Assembly: GCA_963849735.1 (NCBI GenBank)
Contig: CAWKJE010000003.1
Location: 67,595 to 131,594, forward strand
DNA from: an uncultured delta proteobacterium
GTDB lineage: Bacteria; Myxococcota_A; Polyangia; Fen-1088
Direction of reading: 5' to 3'
DNA length: 64,000 bases
Each line of letters starts with the position of its first letter. The first letter of the stretch is position 1. The notes below the pieces were generated by a model. It was not told the DNA's origin. It ran no database searches and worked only from the letters and a program-made list of their open reading frames with translations. This document shows, in pieces, positions 39,624 through 49,736 of the stretch. The position numbers and the translations under genes are program-made.

Positions 39624-40901
39624 TCAATCGCCGACCGCGTGGTCGAGGTTCACTAGCGCCAGGGCGTACTCGTAGCGGGCGCGGGCAAAATTGAGGCGGG
39701 CCTGGGTGAGGGCGGCCTGGGCATCGAGCAGGTCGGTGGTATTTGCGCTACCCGCTGCCAGCAGCACGGCAGTAACGCGGTACGCTTCCTCGGCACTCCC
39801 GATAGTCGCTCGTCCGGTTTCGAGCGCGCTCGCGGAAGCTTGCACATCCGCCAGCTTGGCCGCGACTTCCGTCTCCACCTGGCGGCGGGAATCTTCGATC
39901 TGCAAGCGGGCGGCGCGGGCCCGCGCCTTCGCCGCTCTGTGCTGATACCAATCAGCGCCCCAATCCCAGACCTGCCAGCTAGCCTTCACGCCTATGAAGG
40001 CGGAGTTGGTCTTGACGAAGGTCTGGCCGGTCATGCGCAGATATCCGGCCTCGAAGTCCAGGTCCGGCAGCAGGCGATAGCCATGCGAGCTCGAGTCCGC
40101 GTCGGCAGCTTTGGCCAAGAGGCTGGCGCTGTATAGCTCAGCTCGCTGCGCGACTGCCTTGCCCACCAGCGTCCCCAAGGCGTCGTTCTTTCCTGCCTGG
40201 TCGGGCGTAGCTGGCTCGACAAAGACGACCGCGGGGTCTTGCGGCTCGCGGCCAATTGCGACGAGGAGGCTGGCGCGGGCGGTTTGCTCTGCCGCCGTCG
40301 CTTGAATCTCCTGCTGGCGAGCGTTGGCTGCCGCCACTTCGAGACGCAGGATGTCCGCCGGGGTCAGCACGCCGGCCGCCAGGCGTTCCTTGGCCACCGT
40401 CAGTTGCTCACGCAGCTGCTCTTGCGAGGCGCGTGCGATTCCCGCCAGCGCTCGCGCCTCGAACATGCGCAGGAACTGCGCGCGCACGGCAGTGCGCAGG
40501 TTGGCCTCCAGGGCACGTGTATCCACCTCGGCTGCCTGGGCCGAGGTGGTGAGCGCCTTTTCCTCGGAGGTCAGGTGCAGAAGGCCGAGCAGAGGCTGGT
40601 CCAGTGCGGCCGCGAAGGTGTTGGTGCTGGCATCGCGGACCTGCAAGGTTCCCAGGACCGGGAAGCCGACGTCGAACGGCGAATTCCAGCGCTGCCACTC
40701 GTCCGCGAGGCTAATCGACGGTAGCAACCGACCGCGGGCGCTCATGGCCTGGTCCGCGCTCCCGCGCGCGCGAGCGTGGGCTGCCTCGAGCGCGCTCGAC
40801 GACTGGATGGCGAGCGTGACGGTCTCTTCCATGGTCAGGCTTTGCGAGGCACCGGTATCGGCGGATGCCAGCAGAGCAACAAGCGTGAGCACCAACATCA
40901 T
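39624..40901 (-). CDS. TolC-family outer membrane efflux protein
   Basis: Signal peptide and duplicated coiled-coil repeats typical of an outer membrane factor. Last gene of the efflux operon. Confidence 0.75.
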   Translation of the reverse strand: MMLVLTLVALLASADTGASQSLTMEETVTLAIQSSSALEAAHARARGSADQAMSARGRLLPSISLADEWQRWNSPFDVGFPVLGTLQVRDASTNTFAAALDQPLLGLLHLTSEEKALTTSAQAAEVDTRALEANLRTAVRAQFLRMFEARALAGIARASQEQLREQLTVAKERLAAGVLTPADILRLEVAAANARQQEIQATAAEQTARASLLVAIGREPQDPAVVFVEPATPDQAGKNDALGTLVGKAVAQRAELYSASLLAKAADADSSSHGYRLLPDLDFEAGYLRMTGQTFVKTNSAFIGVKASWQVWDWGADWYQHRAAKARARAARLQIEDSRRQVETEVAAKLADVQASASALETGRATIGSAEEAYRVTAVLLAAGSANTTDLLDAQAALTQARLNFARARYEYALALVNLDHAVGD

Positions 40902-40988
40902 CTTGACCCTTTCATAACTCCGTTGGCAACTAGCCGCGTATGGTCGGCCGTCGTCGCCTCCGTGCCTCGACCATACTGCGCGAGCTCC

Positions 40989-42197
40989 CTAGTGCAGGTA
41001 CACCGTGACCTCGGTCGAGAGTCCGGCTTGTAGCGGGACCCCTGGGTCACCCGCCCACGCGATTCGGACTGGCACCCGCTGTACGACCTTCACGAAGTTA
41101 CCCGAGGCATTGTCGGGAGGTAAGAGAGAAAAGCGCGCGCCGGTTCCCCCACTCAAGCTTTCTACCTTGGCTTCGAATTCCCGACCGGGAAACGCATCGA
41201 TGCGGACCACGGCTCTTTGTCCGGGCCTCATGCGGCCAACCTGGGTTTCCTTGAAATTGGCTACCACATAGGTCCGGTCCGGCACCAACTCCGCCACCGG
41301 CTGGCCTACCTGGATCATCTGACCCGGCTGTGCCGAGACCCTGGTCACCAGCCCGTCCTCGGCCGCAGTCACCTTGGTGTAGCTGAGCTGCAGCTTGGCC
41401 AGCTCGAGCGCGGCTTCGGAGACCTTGATACGGGCGTGGGCCAGATCGGCATTTGCCCTGGCCGCGCCGATCTGCGCGGCGATGGGCGAGGTTTGGTCGA
41501 GCCGACCTCTTGCCTCTTGCACGCGCGTGCCGGCCACGCCTTGCATCTCTTGGGCAGCTGCCACTTGCGCTCGCGCCTGCGCCAGGGCGGCCTGCGACGC
41601 GTCGTACGCTACCTGGTCGTTGTCCAGGCGCTCGCGCGGCAAGGCATTGGCCGCCACCAGTCGCTTGGTGCGCTCCAGATCGATTTCCCCCTTGCGTGCT
41701 TCCGCTTTGGCCCGCTCTAGGCCCGCGCGGGCCACGGCCAGTTGCGCTGTCGCGTTGGCTACCCCTAGCGAGGAGCCGGAGTAGCTGGCGCGCGCGCTTT
41801 GAAAGCCGCCCTTGGCGCTGGCCTCCACCACCTGTACCTGGGCATCGGCGGCGGCGGCCTGAGCGCGGGCGGTCTCGAGCTCGGCCGCGGCCTCCTCCGC
41901 GCGCGCTGCGAAGTCGGCGTCGTCGATCAGGATGATGATGTCACCCTTCTTCACTCGATGGTTCTCGTCGACCAGGCGCTGGCGCACCTGCCCGCTCACC
42001 CGTGCCGCAACGGGGACCACGTCGGCTTCCACCTCGCCGTCGTCGGTGTTCTCCTGGTTGGCCGTGGCCAGGAGGTAGATGCCGACCGCGGCTCCGAATG
42101 CCAGAACGACGACACCCAAGATGAGGAATGGCTTCTTGTCGCGCCGGGGCGCGGCGGTAGGGTGGGGCTCGGGCTGGGGGGCTTGGTTGGGTGTCAT
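40989..42197 (-). CDS. HlyD/EmrA-family membrane fusion protein (efflux adaptor)
   Basis: N-terminal TM, 'SGQVRQRLVDENHRVKKGDIIILID' biotinyl/lipoyl-like hairpin, long coiled coil. Confidence 0.8.
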   Translation of the reverse strand: MTPNQAPQPEPHPTAAPRRDKKPFLILGVVVLAFGAAVGIYLLATANQENTDDGEVEADVVPVAARVSGQVRQRLVDENHRVKKGDIIILIDDADFAARAEEAAAELETARAQAAAADAQVQVVEASAKGGFQSARASYSGSSLGVANATAQLAVARAGLERAKAEARKGEIDLERTKRLVAANALPRERLDNDQVAYDASQAALAQARAQVAAAQEMQGVAGTRVQEARGRLDQTSPIAAQIGAARANADLAHARIKVSEAALELAKLQLSYTKVTAAEDGLVTRVSAQPGQMIQVGQPVAELVPDRTYVVANFKETQVGRMRPGQRAVVRIDAFPGREFEAKVESLSGGTGARFSLLPPDNASGNFVKVVQRVPVRIAWAGDPGVPLQAGLSTEVTVYLH

Positions 42198-42200
42198 CGG

Positions 42201-43901
42201 CTACTCCAGGTGAACGAGCGCGGAAGGCTCCGCGTGGGCAGCCGGCGCTTCCGCCGGCGAGCCGCCGTGGCGAGCTTGCTCAGAGCTCCCACCGCGACGG
42301 GTTATGCGCAGGAAATACAGGAGCGGGAGAACGACGAGGAAAACGACGCCGGCCAAGAAGAAGGTTCGCTCGAACGCTATGGTCATGCTTTGCCCGAACA
42401 CCAGGCCAGCAAGTGCCTTGTAGGCGCCTGACTGAGCAGAAGCGTGATCCAGCCCTCGCGCACCGAGGCCGGCCGTTATCTGCGCCAGACGCCAGGCGAC
42501 GACGCCGCGCACGTCGGTGACGTGGGCGATGAGGCCGTTGCGTGCGATGGTGCCAGCCCGTGTGAGCAAGGTGGCGAAAACGGCCAGGCCGATGGACCCG
42601 CCCAACTGACGAAACAGGGAATTCAGACCAGCCGCGTCGGCCAGGCGGTGCTTCGGTATGTAGGTCAAGGCAGCGGCGGCGAGCGGAATGAACAGGCAGG
42701 AAAAGCCGATGCCCTGTATCAGGGTGGCCACGACGATTTGCCCAAGCGAGGTCTGCAGGGTGAAAGCGCTCATGATGAAGGAACCGAGCGATACCAAGAC
42801 CACCCCGGTTCCCACCGGCCACCGGACGGAGATTTTTCCGTAGAGCTTGCCGACGATGGGGTTGACCACGAACATGATCGCGGCGCGGGGCAAGAGCGCC
42901 AGGCCGGTATCCATCGCGGTGTAGCCGAGCATCTCTTGCATGAAGATGGGCAAGAGAAAGATGTTAGCCATGAGAATCGCGAACTGCACCCCGCCGATCA
43001 GGGTGGCCGAAAGGAATGTGCGCTCCTTGAACAGGCGCAAGTCCACCGCCGGGGTGGCCGCGGTCAGCTCGCGGATTACGAAGGCTACGAGGGCGATGCT
43101 GCCCAGCGCGAAGCAGCTCGAGATGACCCGCGATTCGAACCAGTCGTTGCGCTGTCCTTCTTCCAGCGCGTATTGGATCAAGGCCAGCCCGAGCGCGAGC
43201 AGAGCAATGCCGAGCCAGTCCACATTTTTCTTTTCGCGCTCGGCTTGGGCGTGGTTGGCTCTTCTGATCTCTTCGTCTTCGTGGACGAAAGTGGTCACCA
43301 TCAGGAAACCGAGCGCCCCGACGGGCAAGTTGATGAAGAAGATCCATGGCCAGCTGTAATGGTCGACGATGAAGCCGCCCAGGGTAGGACCCGCGGCGGG
43401 GCCGAGGACTACGGCCATGCCGAACACCGCCATGGCCATGCCCTGCTCATGGGGGGGGAAGGTTCGACGCAAGATGGCCTGCTCGGTGGGCTGTAGGGCG
43501 CCGGCGCCCAGACCCTGCAGGACGCGGAAAGCCGTCAGGGTAGTCAGGGAATGCGCGGTGCCGCACAGAACTGAACCGATCAGGAAGACGACCAATGAGG
43601 TCAGGTAGACGCGCTTCTGACCGAACATGCGCGAGAGGAATCCGGTGAGCGGCATGACGATGACATTGGCCACCACGAACCCGGTCGTGATCCAGGTGAT
43701 CTCCTCGAGAGTGGCCCCCACCGCTCCGCGGATGTGGGGCAGGGCCACGTTGACGATGGACGCGTCTATGGTGCCCATCAGGGTGCCGAAGGTTACCGAT
43801 AGTGTGACCAGCCACTTGTTGACCGGCGGTCTGGGGCTGCTCACGCGGGGATCCTCTTGTTGCGCTTCCGCGTCCTGCGCTCGGGCGCGATGCCTCGCCA
43901 C
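42201..43901 (-). CDS. MFS transporter, DHA2/EmrB family (14-TMS drug:H+ antiporter)
   Basis: 'GTIDASIVNVALPHIRGAVGATLEEITWITTGFVVANVIVMPLTGFLSRMFGQKRVY' is the typical EmrB N-terminus. Start may be slightly downstream of 43901; it overlaps the tetR stop by 60 nt. Confidence 0.8.
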   Translation of the reverse strand: MARHRARAQDAEAQQEDPRVSSPRPPVNKWLVTLSVTFGTLMGTIDASIVNVALPHIRGAVGATLEEITWITTGFVVANVIVMPLTGFLSRMFGQKRVYLTSLVVFLIGSVLCGTAHSLTTLTAFRVLQGLGAGALQPTEQAILRRTFPPHEQGMAMAVFGMAVVLGPAAGPTLGGFIVDHYSWPWIFFINLPVGALGFLMVTTFVHEDEEIRRANHAQAEREKKNVDWLGIALLALGLALIQYALEEGQRNDWFESRVISSCFALGSIALVAFVIRELTAATPAVDLRLFKERTFLSATLIGGVQFAILMANIFLLPIFMQEMLGYTAMDTGLALLPRAAIMFVVNPIVGKLYGKISVRWPVGTGVVLVSLGSFIMSAFTLQTSLGQIVVATLIQGIGFSCLFIPLAAAALTYIPKHRLADAAGLNSLFRQLGGSIGLAVFATLLTRAGTIARNGLIAHVTDVRGVVAWRLAQITAGLGARGLDHASAQSGAYKALAGLVFGQSMTIAFERTFFLAGVVFLVVLPLLYFLRITRRGGSSEQARHGGSPAEAPAAHAEPSALVHLE

Positions 43902-44446
43902 AGCTCGTCCACCAGGCCACGCGCGAAGGTGCGGGCTGACATCGAGCGATCACCCGCAACGGTTTGGAGGAAGCTATAGTTCCACACCGCGCCCATGAAG
44001 ATGCGGGCGGCGATGCGTGGGTCGCCGCTCACTCGACCGAGGGCCGCCTCCTGGGTGAAGAAGTTGGTGAACCCGCGCAGGATCTCGGTAGGGCGCCCAC
44101 AACAGACCGAGCGGTCCGCTCGCTCTCTTTCCGACCAACGCAGCATGAGGCTGGGCAGCAGCTCGGTGAGAAATGCGATGCTCTGGACCGTGATGCGGAC
44201 CAGGTTGAGCTTTAGGTTGCCCTTGCCCGTGTATTGGAGAAGCGTGAGAGCAGGTGGCACCGTCTCATCCATCGCGGCCTCGAACAGGCCCTCCTTGGTG
44301 GCGAAACGGTGGAAAATACTGCCCTCCGATATTCCAGCGCGTCGCGCAATCTCGACCGTGCTGGCGTTGGCAAAGCCATGGGCGAGGAAAACCGAGCGGG
44401 CGGCATCGAGTATCCTGCCGTTGGTAATGCTAGTCGGGCGAGCCAT
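43841..44446 (-). CDS. TetR/AcrR-family transcriptional regulator
   Basis: 'ILDAARSVFLAHGFANASTVEIARRAGISEGSIFHRFATKEGLFEA' TetR HTH. ATG at 44446. Confidence 0.85.
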   Translation of the reverse strand: MARPTSITNGRILDAARSVFLAHGFANASTVEIARRAGISEGSIFHRFATKEGLFEAAMDETVPPALTLLQYTGKGNLKLNLVRITVQSIAFLTELLPSLMLRWSERERADRSVCCGRPTEILRGFTNFFTQEAALGRVSGDPRIAARIFMGAVWNYSFLQTVAGDRSMSARTFARGLVDELWRGIAPERRTRKRNKRIPA

Positions 44447-44528
44447 TCTTGAGTGCTGACTCAACCATGGCCCAGGCCCATGCGGGGAGCAAGAGGAATC
44501 GCGCGGGTGCGGTCAGCTCCCGAGTAGC

Positions 44529-45056
44529 TCAGTCCGGATCTGGATATGCGATGGCGGTAATCGTGAGCTCGCGCTGCCCCTTTTCCCACCGGACCAGGAT
44601 CGTGTCGCCCACCAGTCGGCCGAGCAGGGCACGGCCGACGGGGGACCGCCAAGAAATGGCGCCAGTTGTGCTGTCGATCTCGTCAGAGCCGACGATGTGG
44701 AAGGTGCGTGGCTCGCCCTCCTCGTCTGCCACCGTGACGGTGGCACCGAAGAACACGCGGTCCCGGCGTCTTTGCTCGCGGGGATCGGTGACCACCGCGA
44801 TGTCGAGGCGTTTGCCGAGGAAGCGTATCCGCCCGTCGATCTGCCTTAGCTGGCGCTTGCGATAGATGTACTCGGCGTTCTCCGAGCGGTCGCCCTCGGC
44901 AGCGGCGTCGGAAAGCGCGCTTACCACCTCGGGCCGCTTCTTGCTGTGCAAGAAGTCTAGCTCTTGGGCGAGCTTGCGATGGCCGGCCGGGGTGATGTAG
45001 TTCTTTTCGCCCTTGGTCGACGTTTCCGCGGGTGGGTCAAGAGTCTTGCGCGGCAT
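44529..45056 (-). CDS. greA: GreA/GreB-family transcription elongation factor
   Basis: 'NYITPAGHRKLAQELDFL...' and C-terminal 'GSDEIDSTTGAISWRSPVGRALLGRLVGD'. ATG at 45056. Confidence 0.8.
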   Translation of the reverse strand: MPRKTLDPPAETSTKGEKNYITPAGHRKLAQELDFLHSKKRPEVVSALSDAAAEGDRSENAEYIYRKRQLRQIDGRIRFLGKRLDIAVVTDPREQRRRDRVFFGATVTVADEEGEPRTFHIVGSDEIDSTTGAISWRSPVGRALLGRLVGDTILVRWEKGQRELTITAIAYPDPD

Positions 45057-45134
45057 GACGGGAGTTGGCCTCTTCTGTGGCCTTCTTCTAGAATGCCGGT
45101 CGCTTTTGCGCAAAACTGATGTAGACGAAGGGTC

Positions 45135-45518
45135 ATGCTAGGCAACGCGGATACCTTGATAGGGGCCGTGAAATTCGACGCAAATGGCCTGGTCCCGGTG
45201 ATCGCCCAGGACCGAGCTACCGGCGTGGTGCGCATGCTGGCCTGGGCCAACGCGCAGGCGCTGCGCGCGACGGTCGAGAACGAACGAGCCACCTTCTGGA
45301 GCCGATCACGGAACGAATTGTGGGAAAAGGGAGCGACGAGCGGGAACTCCATGAAGGTGCACGAGGTGCGTCTCGACTGCGACGGCGACGCTATCCTCTA
45401 CGTGGTGGATGCTAGAGGCCCTTCCTGCCACACGGGGGCGACTTCGTGCTTCTTCCGCAGCCTCGGCAGAGACGGCCTGGTTGCCGGAGATGGTCCGTCG
45501 CGCTCGGGACCGCCTTAA
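45135..45518 (+). CDS. hisI: phosphoribosyl-AMP cyclohydrolase
   Basis: 'LVPVIAQD...GVVRMLAWAN...FWSRSRNELWEKGATSGN...DCDGDAILYVVDARGPSCHTGATSCF'. Confidence 0.85.
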   Translation: MLGNADTLIGAVKFDANGLVPVIAQDRATGVVRMLAWANAQALRATVENERATFWSRSRNELWEKGATSGNSMKVHEVRLDCDGDAILYVVDARGPSCHTGATSCFFRSLGRDGLVAGDGPSRSGPP

Positions 45519-45521
45519 GCC

Positions 45522-47531
45522 TTGCTGCTCGAGGATTCCGTCGCCGACTTGCTGCGGGAAGGTGGCCTGCTCGCCGGCGCTTTGCCTGGCTTCGAAGCGC
45601 GCCCAGGCCAGCTAGCCATGGCTCGGCGAGTGGCTCGCGCCATTGACGGTGACGAGCGACTGCTGGTCGAGGCGGGGACGGGCACGGGCAAGACCATGGC
45701 CTACCTGCTGCCGGCTATTCTATCGGGCCGTCGGGTGGTGGTGTCGACCGGGACGCGGACCCTGCAAGACCAGATCGCGGCGGTGGATCTTCCGCGCTTG
45801 GCCCGGATTTTGCCGCAACCGTTCTCCTTTGCGCTCATGAAGGGGCTGGGCAACTATGTGTGCCGGCGCCGGCTGGCCGAACATGAGCGGCAGCTCACGT
45901 TTGCGGCCACGGTGGCGCCGGAGACGGAGCGGGTGCTGGCCTGGGTCAGGCGCAGCGCGCACGGCGAGCGGTCTGAGCTCGACGGCGTGGCAGAAGAGGC
46001 GCCCATCTGGCGGGAGATCTCCGCGAGCCCGGAGACCCGGCTGGGCAAGCGCTGCCCCTTCGTGGAGGAATGTTTCGTGACTAGCATGCGCCGGCGCGCC
46101 CAGGAGGTGCAGATGGTGATAGTCAACCATCACCTTTACTTTGCCGACCTGGCGCTGCGCGCGCGTTTTCCGGAGGCACAGATCCTGCCAGCACACGAGG
46201 TGGTGATTTTCGACGAGGCTCACCAACTCGAAGACGTGGCCACCGAGATATTCGGATTACAGGTTTCTTCTCTCCGCCTGTTCGCGCTTGCCCGTGATGC
46301 CGAGCGGGCGCCAGCGGCGCGGGGTGGGGCCGCGCTCGCCTCGTCGGTGGCGCGACGTCTGGAGGCGGTGACCAATCTCTTGTTGCGCGCATTGCGCGCG
46401 CGGCTTCCGCGCAGAGCGGGTGATGCCGAAGACGCGCGCGTGCCGATGCCCGATGACCTATGGCAGGGCGAAACTCTGGCGCACTACTACGAGCTGGACA
46501 CGGTTCTGGAGGAGGCCGTGGCGCTGTTCGGTCGCTTGGCTGAAGACGAGGGCGAAGCCGAACGCAAGACCCCGCCGTCCCCGGAAAAGGCGGCGGTGCT
46601 GTCAGGGCTCGCCGGCCGGGCGGCGGCGGCGCGCCACGACTTGGGTGAAATCGTGGGCGGCGGCAGTAGCCGGGAGGCTGTGCGCTGGATCGTGACTTCC
46701 GCGCGGCAGGTGACCTTGCGCGCTTCTCCCATCCAGGTGGCGCCGCTCTTGCGCGCGAGCTTCGACGGCCATGAGGGAGCCCTGGTCTTCACCTCGGCCA
46801 CATTGACCACGGCAGGCTCGTTTGCCTACATGCGCACGCGGCTTGGTCTCGAAGACACGGCTGCGGAAGCTGCCTTCTCCTCCCCGTTCTGTTACCAGCG
46901 GCAGGCCCTGCTGTACCTGGCGGACGATCTTCCCGATCCGGTGCAGGAAGGGTTTGCTCCCTTGGCAGCGCAGCGCATGCTGGCGCTGTGTCGCATGTCG
47001 GCTGGGCGGGCGCTGCTGCTGTTCACCAGCTTTCGCAATCTGCGCGTCGCCGAAGAGTGCTTCCGCGCCGATGGCACTTTCCCGCTCCTGGTACAGGGGG
47101 AGCGGCCCCGGCTAGCCCTGCTCGAGGCGCTCCGTGCCCACGTGGGCTCGGTCCTCTTGGCCACTCAGAGCTTCTGGGAAGGGGTCGACGTGCCGGGCGA
47201 AGCGCTGTCTTTGGTGGCCATCGACCGCTTGCCTTTTGCGGTGCCCGACGATCCACTGACCGCGGCCCGGGTCGAAGGAATTCGCGAGGATGGCGGGGAC
47301 CCGTTTGCGAGCTACCAGGTGCCGCGCGCTGCCCTTGCTCTCAAGCAAGGCTTTGGCCGCCTGATACGCAGCCGTCGCGATCGTGGGGTAGTGGCAATCC
47401 TTGATGGGCGCATCGTGCGCAAGCACTACGGAGCCACCCTGCTCGCCAGTTTGCCTCCGGCGTGTCCGCGCTCCTATTCTCTCGATGATGTGCGGCTCTT
47501 CTTCGAGCTCGAAGAGAGACCGCGCGGATGA
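45522..47531 (+). CDS. dinG: DinG/Rad3(XPD)-family ATP-dependent DNA helicase
   Basis: 'EAGTGTGKTMAYLLPA' Walker A. 'VIFDEAHQLED' DEAH. Fe-S Cys cluster 'CRRR...CPFVEEC'. TTG start at 45522. Confidence 0.8.
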   Translation: MLLEDSVADLLREGGLLAGALPGFEARPGQLAMARRVARAIDGDERLLVEAGTGTGKTMAYLLPAILSGRRVVVSTGTRTLQDQIAAVDLPRLARILPQPFSFALMKGLGNYVCRRRLAEHERQLTFAATVAPETERVLAWVRRSAHGERSELDGVAEEAPIWREISASPETRLGKRCPFVEECFVTSMRRRAQEVQMVIVNHHLYFADLALRARFPEAQILPAHEVVIFDEAHQLEDVATEIFGLQVSSLRLFALARDAERAPAARGGAALASSVARRLEAVTNLLLRALRARLPRRAGDAEDARVPMPDDLWQGETLAHYYELDTVLEEAVALFGRLAEDEGEAERKTPPSPEKAAVLSGLAGRAAAARHDLGEIVGGGSSREAVRWIVTSARQVTLRASPIQVAPLLRASFDGHEGALVFTSATLTTAGSFAYMRTRLGLEDTAAEAAFSSPFCYQRQALLYLADDLPDPVQEGFAPLAAQRMLALCRMSAGRALLLFTSFRNLRVAEECFRADGTFPLLVQGERPRLALLEALRAHVGSVLLATQSFWEGVDVPGEALSLVAIDRLPFAVPDDPLTAARVEGIREDGGDPFASYQVPRAALALKQGFGRLIRSRRDRGVVAILDGRIVRKHYGATLLASLPPACPRSYSLDDVRLFFELEERPRG

Positions 47532-47604
47532 GCTTGGCGCGTGGGTGCTCCATGCCCCCCACTCCCCATAACACTCCGCGGCTCGAGGCCAAGGCCTCGC
47601 AGTG

Positions 47605-48105
47605 CTAGGTAGCTCGTCCGCTGCGCACGCGCAGGCGAGCGAGCGTTGCCAGCTCGGAAGCCGCCTCTTCCGCACGACGTGTGATGGTGCGCACGCGCGC
47701 TAGGCGGGCCGTACTCTCGACGGCGTTCAGGGCTGCGCGATCACGAGCCGCTTTTGCTAGCTCGGCCATTGCCCGCTGTTGCGCGGCGTGGGCGACCGCG
47801 AGAACGCTGCCGCGGTGCTCATCGGCGGAAGCCTTCAGGAAACATGCCTCGTCACGCAGACGACCAAGGTAGAGCTCACGTGCCGAACCCTGCGAGGCCG
47901 ACGAGGGAGCGGGTGACGAGGCCAGGCGTCGCGCCTCGGCGGCGAAAAGTGTGCGCGCTCTCTCCCAGGCGCGCACCAGCCGCGCCTGTTCCTCTTGTGC
48001 CCGTTCCAGCACGGCGGATGCCTCCGCGAGCTCGCGCTGGGCGATGCCTTCGGCGTCGCGGCGCAGATCGCGCAACTCCTGCCATTGCGAAATAGTCTGG
48101 GTCAT
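47605..48105 (-). CDS. coiled-coil hypothetical protein (FliJ/YscO-like heptad pattern)
   Basis: ATG at 48105. Ala/Arg/Glu-rich coiled coil. Divergent from the kinase gene. Confidence 0.45.
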   Translation of the reverse strand: MTQTISQWQELRDLRRDAEGIAQRELAEASAVLERAQEEQARLVRAWERARTLFAAEARRLASSPAPSSASQGSARELYLGRLRDEACFLKASADEHRGSVLAVAHAAQQRAMAELAKAARDRAALNAVESTARLARVRTITRRAEEAASELATLARLRVRSGRAT

Positions 48106-48155
48106 AGAGGTACAGGGCGTTGCCTCTTCGCCCGGCCAAGCATACTCTTCTGCCA

Positions 48156-49736
48156 ATGCCACCTCAAGCGCCATCGCGAAAATACCGCATCGAGCGGTAT
48201 CTCGCCGAGGGCGGCATGGGAGCGATCTACGTTGGCAAGAAGCTCGGTCCGGGGGGCTTCGAGAAGGAGGTGGTGCTCAAGCAGCTCTTGCCCGAATTCA
48301 CGAGTCGGCCGGAATTTCGCGACCTCTTTTTCCGAGAAGCCAAGATATCCGCCACTCTCGATCACCAGAACGTGGTGCGTACCTTCGACCTCGTGAGCTC
48401 GAACGATCGTCTATTCATCGTCATGGAGTACGTGCGGGGCGCGGATCTGCGCACCATTGCCTGGCGCGCTCGCCGGCGCAGACCGCTATCGCCCAATGCC
48501 ATCGTGTATGTCGGACTCGAGATTCTGGCCGGTCTGGCGTACGCGCACGGCCGTCGCTCGCCGGCGGGCGAGCTACTCGGTATCGTCCACCGCGACCTCT
48601 CGCCGTCGAACATTCTCTGTTCCGGGGAAGGGGAGGTGAAGCTGTCCGACTTCGGCATCGCCAAGGCCGTGACCTATTCGTCTGTCTTTTACCGGGTGCG
48701 CGGCAAGGTCGGCTACATGTCGCCCGAGATGGCGCACAATCAGCCTATCGACGCGCGCAGCGATCTCTTCTCGCTCGGGGTCAGCCTCTACGAGACTCTC
48801 ATCGGCGAGCGCATCTACAGCGGCGATCTGAACACGCCGCCCGATCAGATTTACGCCCAGCCGGTGCCACCGCTCGCGAGTAAGTGTCCGGGCCTGCCCC
48901 GCGACCTGCAGGTCGTGCTCGATCGGGCGCTGGCCATTCACCCCGACGACCGCTTTCGCGACGCGGACTCGTTCGCCGTCGCGCTGCGCCAGATGGCGGC
49001 GGCCCATGGACTGCTCTATTCAGCGCCCGAGCTCGCGGCCGAGCTGCGCGAGATCATGGGGCCAAATTCGGAAAGCTGGGTTGCAGAGCCGCGCGATCAT
49101 CCCCGTAACACCCGGCTCGAGCAAGCTCAGGGATTGCTGGCAGACAAGTCGGACTCGTTGGTCGAGCCCAGCTCGTCCGTTGCGAGCACGGGCGCTAACA
49201 CGGGCGATACCGCTGAGCCTGCCCGCAACCCGACCCCGCCGGGGGCATGGCCTCCTGGATCTTCTGGCTGGGGTGGCGCTCCTCCGGCGTCGCCGGTAGC
49301 GAGCCGGCCCGCCAGCGTCGCCCCGACGGCGCGCAACCGAACTTTCGAGGTGAATGTACCCGCTGCCATGGTCTCCGGCACTGATGGCGCCGTGGATTCC
49401 GGTGTACACCCTGGCAATGGTCTGGACCGGGTCTTTGGCGCGGACTACCAGCATCCACATCGGGCTGCCGGCGAAGCGATGTCATCCGCGTCGGAGCGCC
49501 CCGCGGTAGCAGGCCCGGCGGCCACCGCAACCCGACGCTCGCGACGCGGGCTCTGGCTCATCGTCTTGATCGCGCTTGCGGCGTTGCTCGGGTTCGGCTT
49601 TGTGCGTCTGTGCCTGTCTTCGGCGGCAAGTAGCGGCGATAGCCGCTTCCGGTCGAGGCTGTCAGCTCTTGTGTGCTTCGAAGGGGATGCGAATGGCAAC
49701 GGTAGTGCCCTGGCCGGGGTGCCCCTCTATCTCTAG
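48156..49736 (+). CDS. Ser/Thr protein kinase with C-terminal TM segment
   Basis: 'GGMGAIYVGKK', 'IVHRDLSPSNIL', 'LSDFGIAK'. ATG at 48156 (the ORF opens with TTG at 48120). Confidence 0.85.
   Translation: MPPQAPSRKYRIERYLAEGGMGAIYVGKKLGPGGFEKEVVLKQLLPEFTSRPEFRDLFFREAKISATLDHQNVVRTFDLVSSNDRLFIVMEYVRGADLRTIAWRARRRRPLSPNAIVYVGLEILAGLAYAHGRRSPAGELLGIVHRDLSPSNILCSGEGEVKLSDFGIAKAVTYSSVFYRVRGKVGYMSPEMAHNQPIDARSDLFSLGVSLYETLIGERIYSGDLNTPPDQIYAQPVPPLASKCPGLPRDLQVVLDRALAIHPDDRFRDADSFAVALRQMAAAHGLLYSAPELAAELREIMGPNSESWVAEPRDHPRNTRLEQAQGLLADKSDSLVEPSSSVASTGANTGDTAEPARNPTPPGAWPPGSSGWGGAPPASPVASRPASVAPTARNRTFEVNVPAAMVSGTDGAVDSGVHPGNGLDRVFGADYQHPHRAAGEAMSSASERPAVAGPAATATRRSRRGLWLIVLIALAALLGFGFVRLCLSSAASSGDSRFRSRLSALVCFEGDANGNGSALAGVPLYL

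Noticed and set aside
49662-49736. 75-nt convergent overlap between the Ser/Thr kinase and sensor histidine kinase genes as a sign of misannotation
   Set aside because: Both C-termini look genuine (TM plus tail for the kinase; canonical HATPase ending for the HK). A convergent overlap of this size is unusual but tolerable, so it is not flagged as an anomaly.
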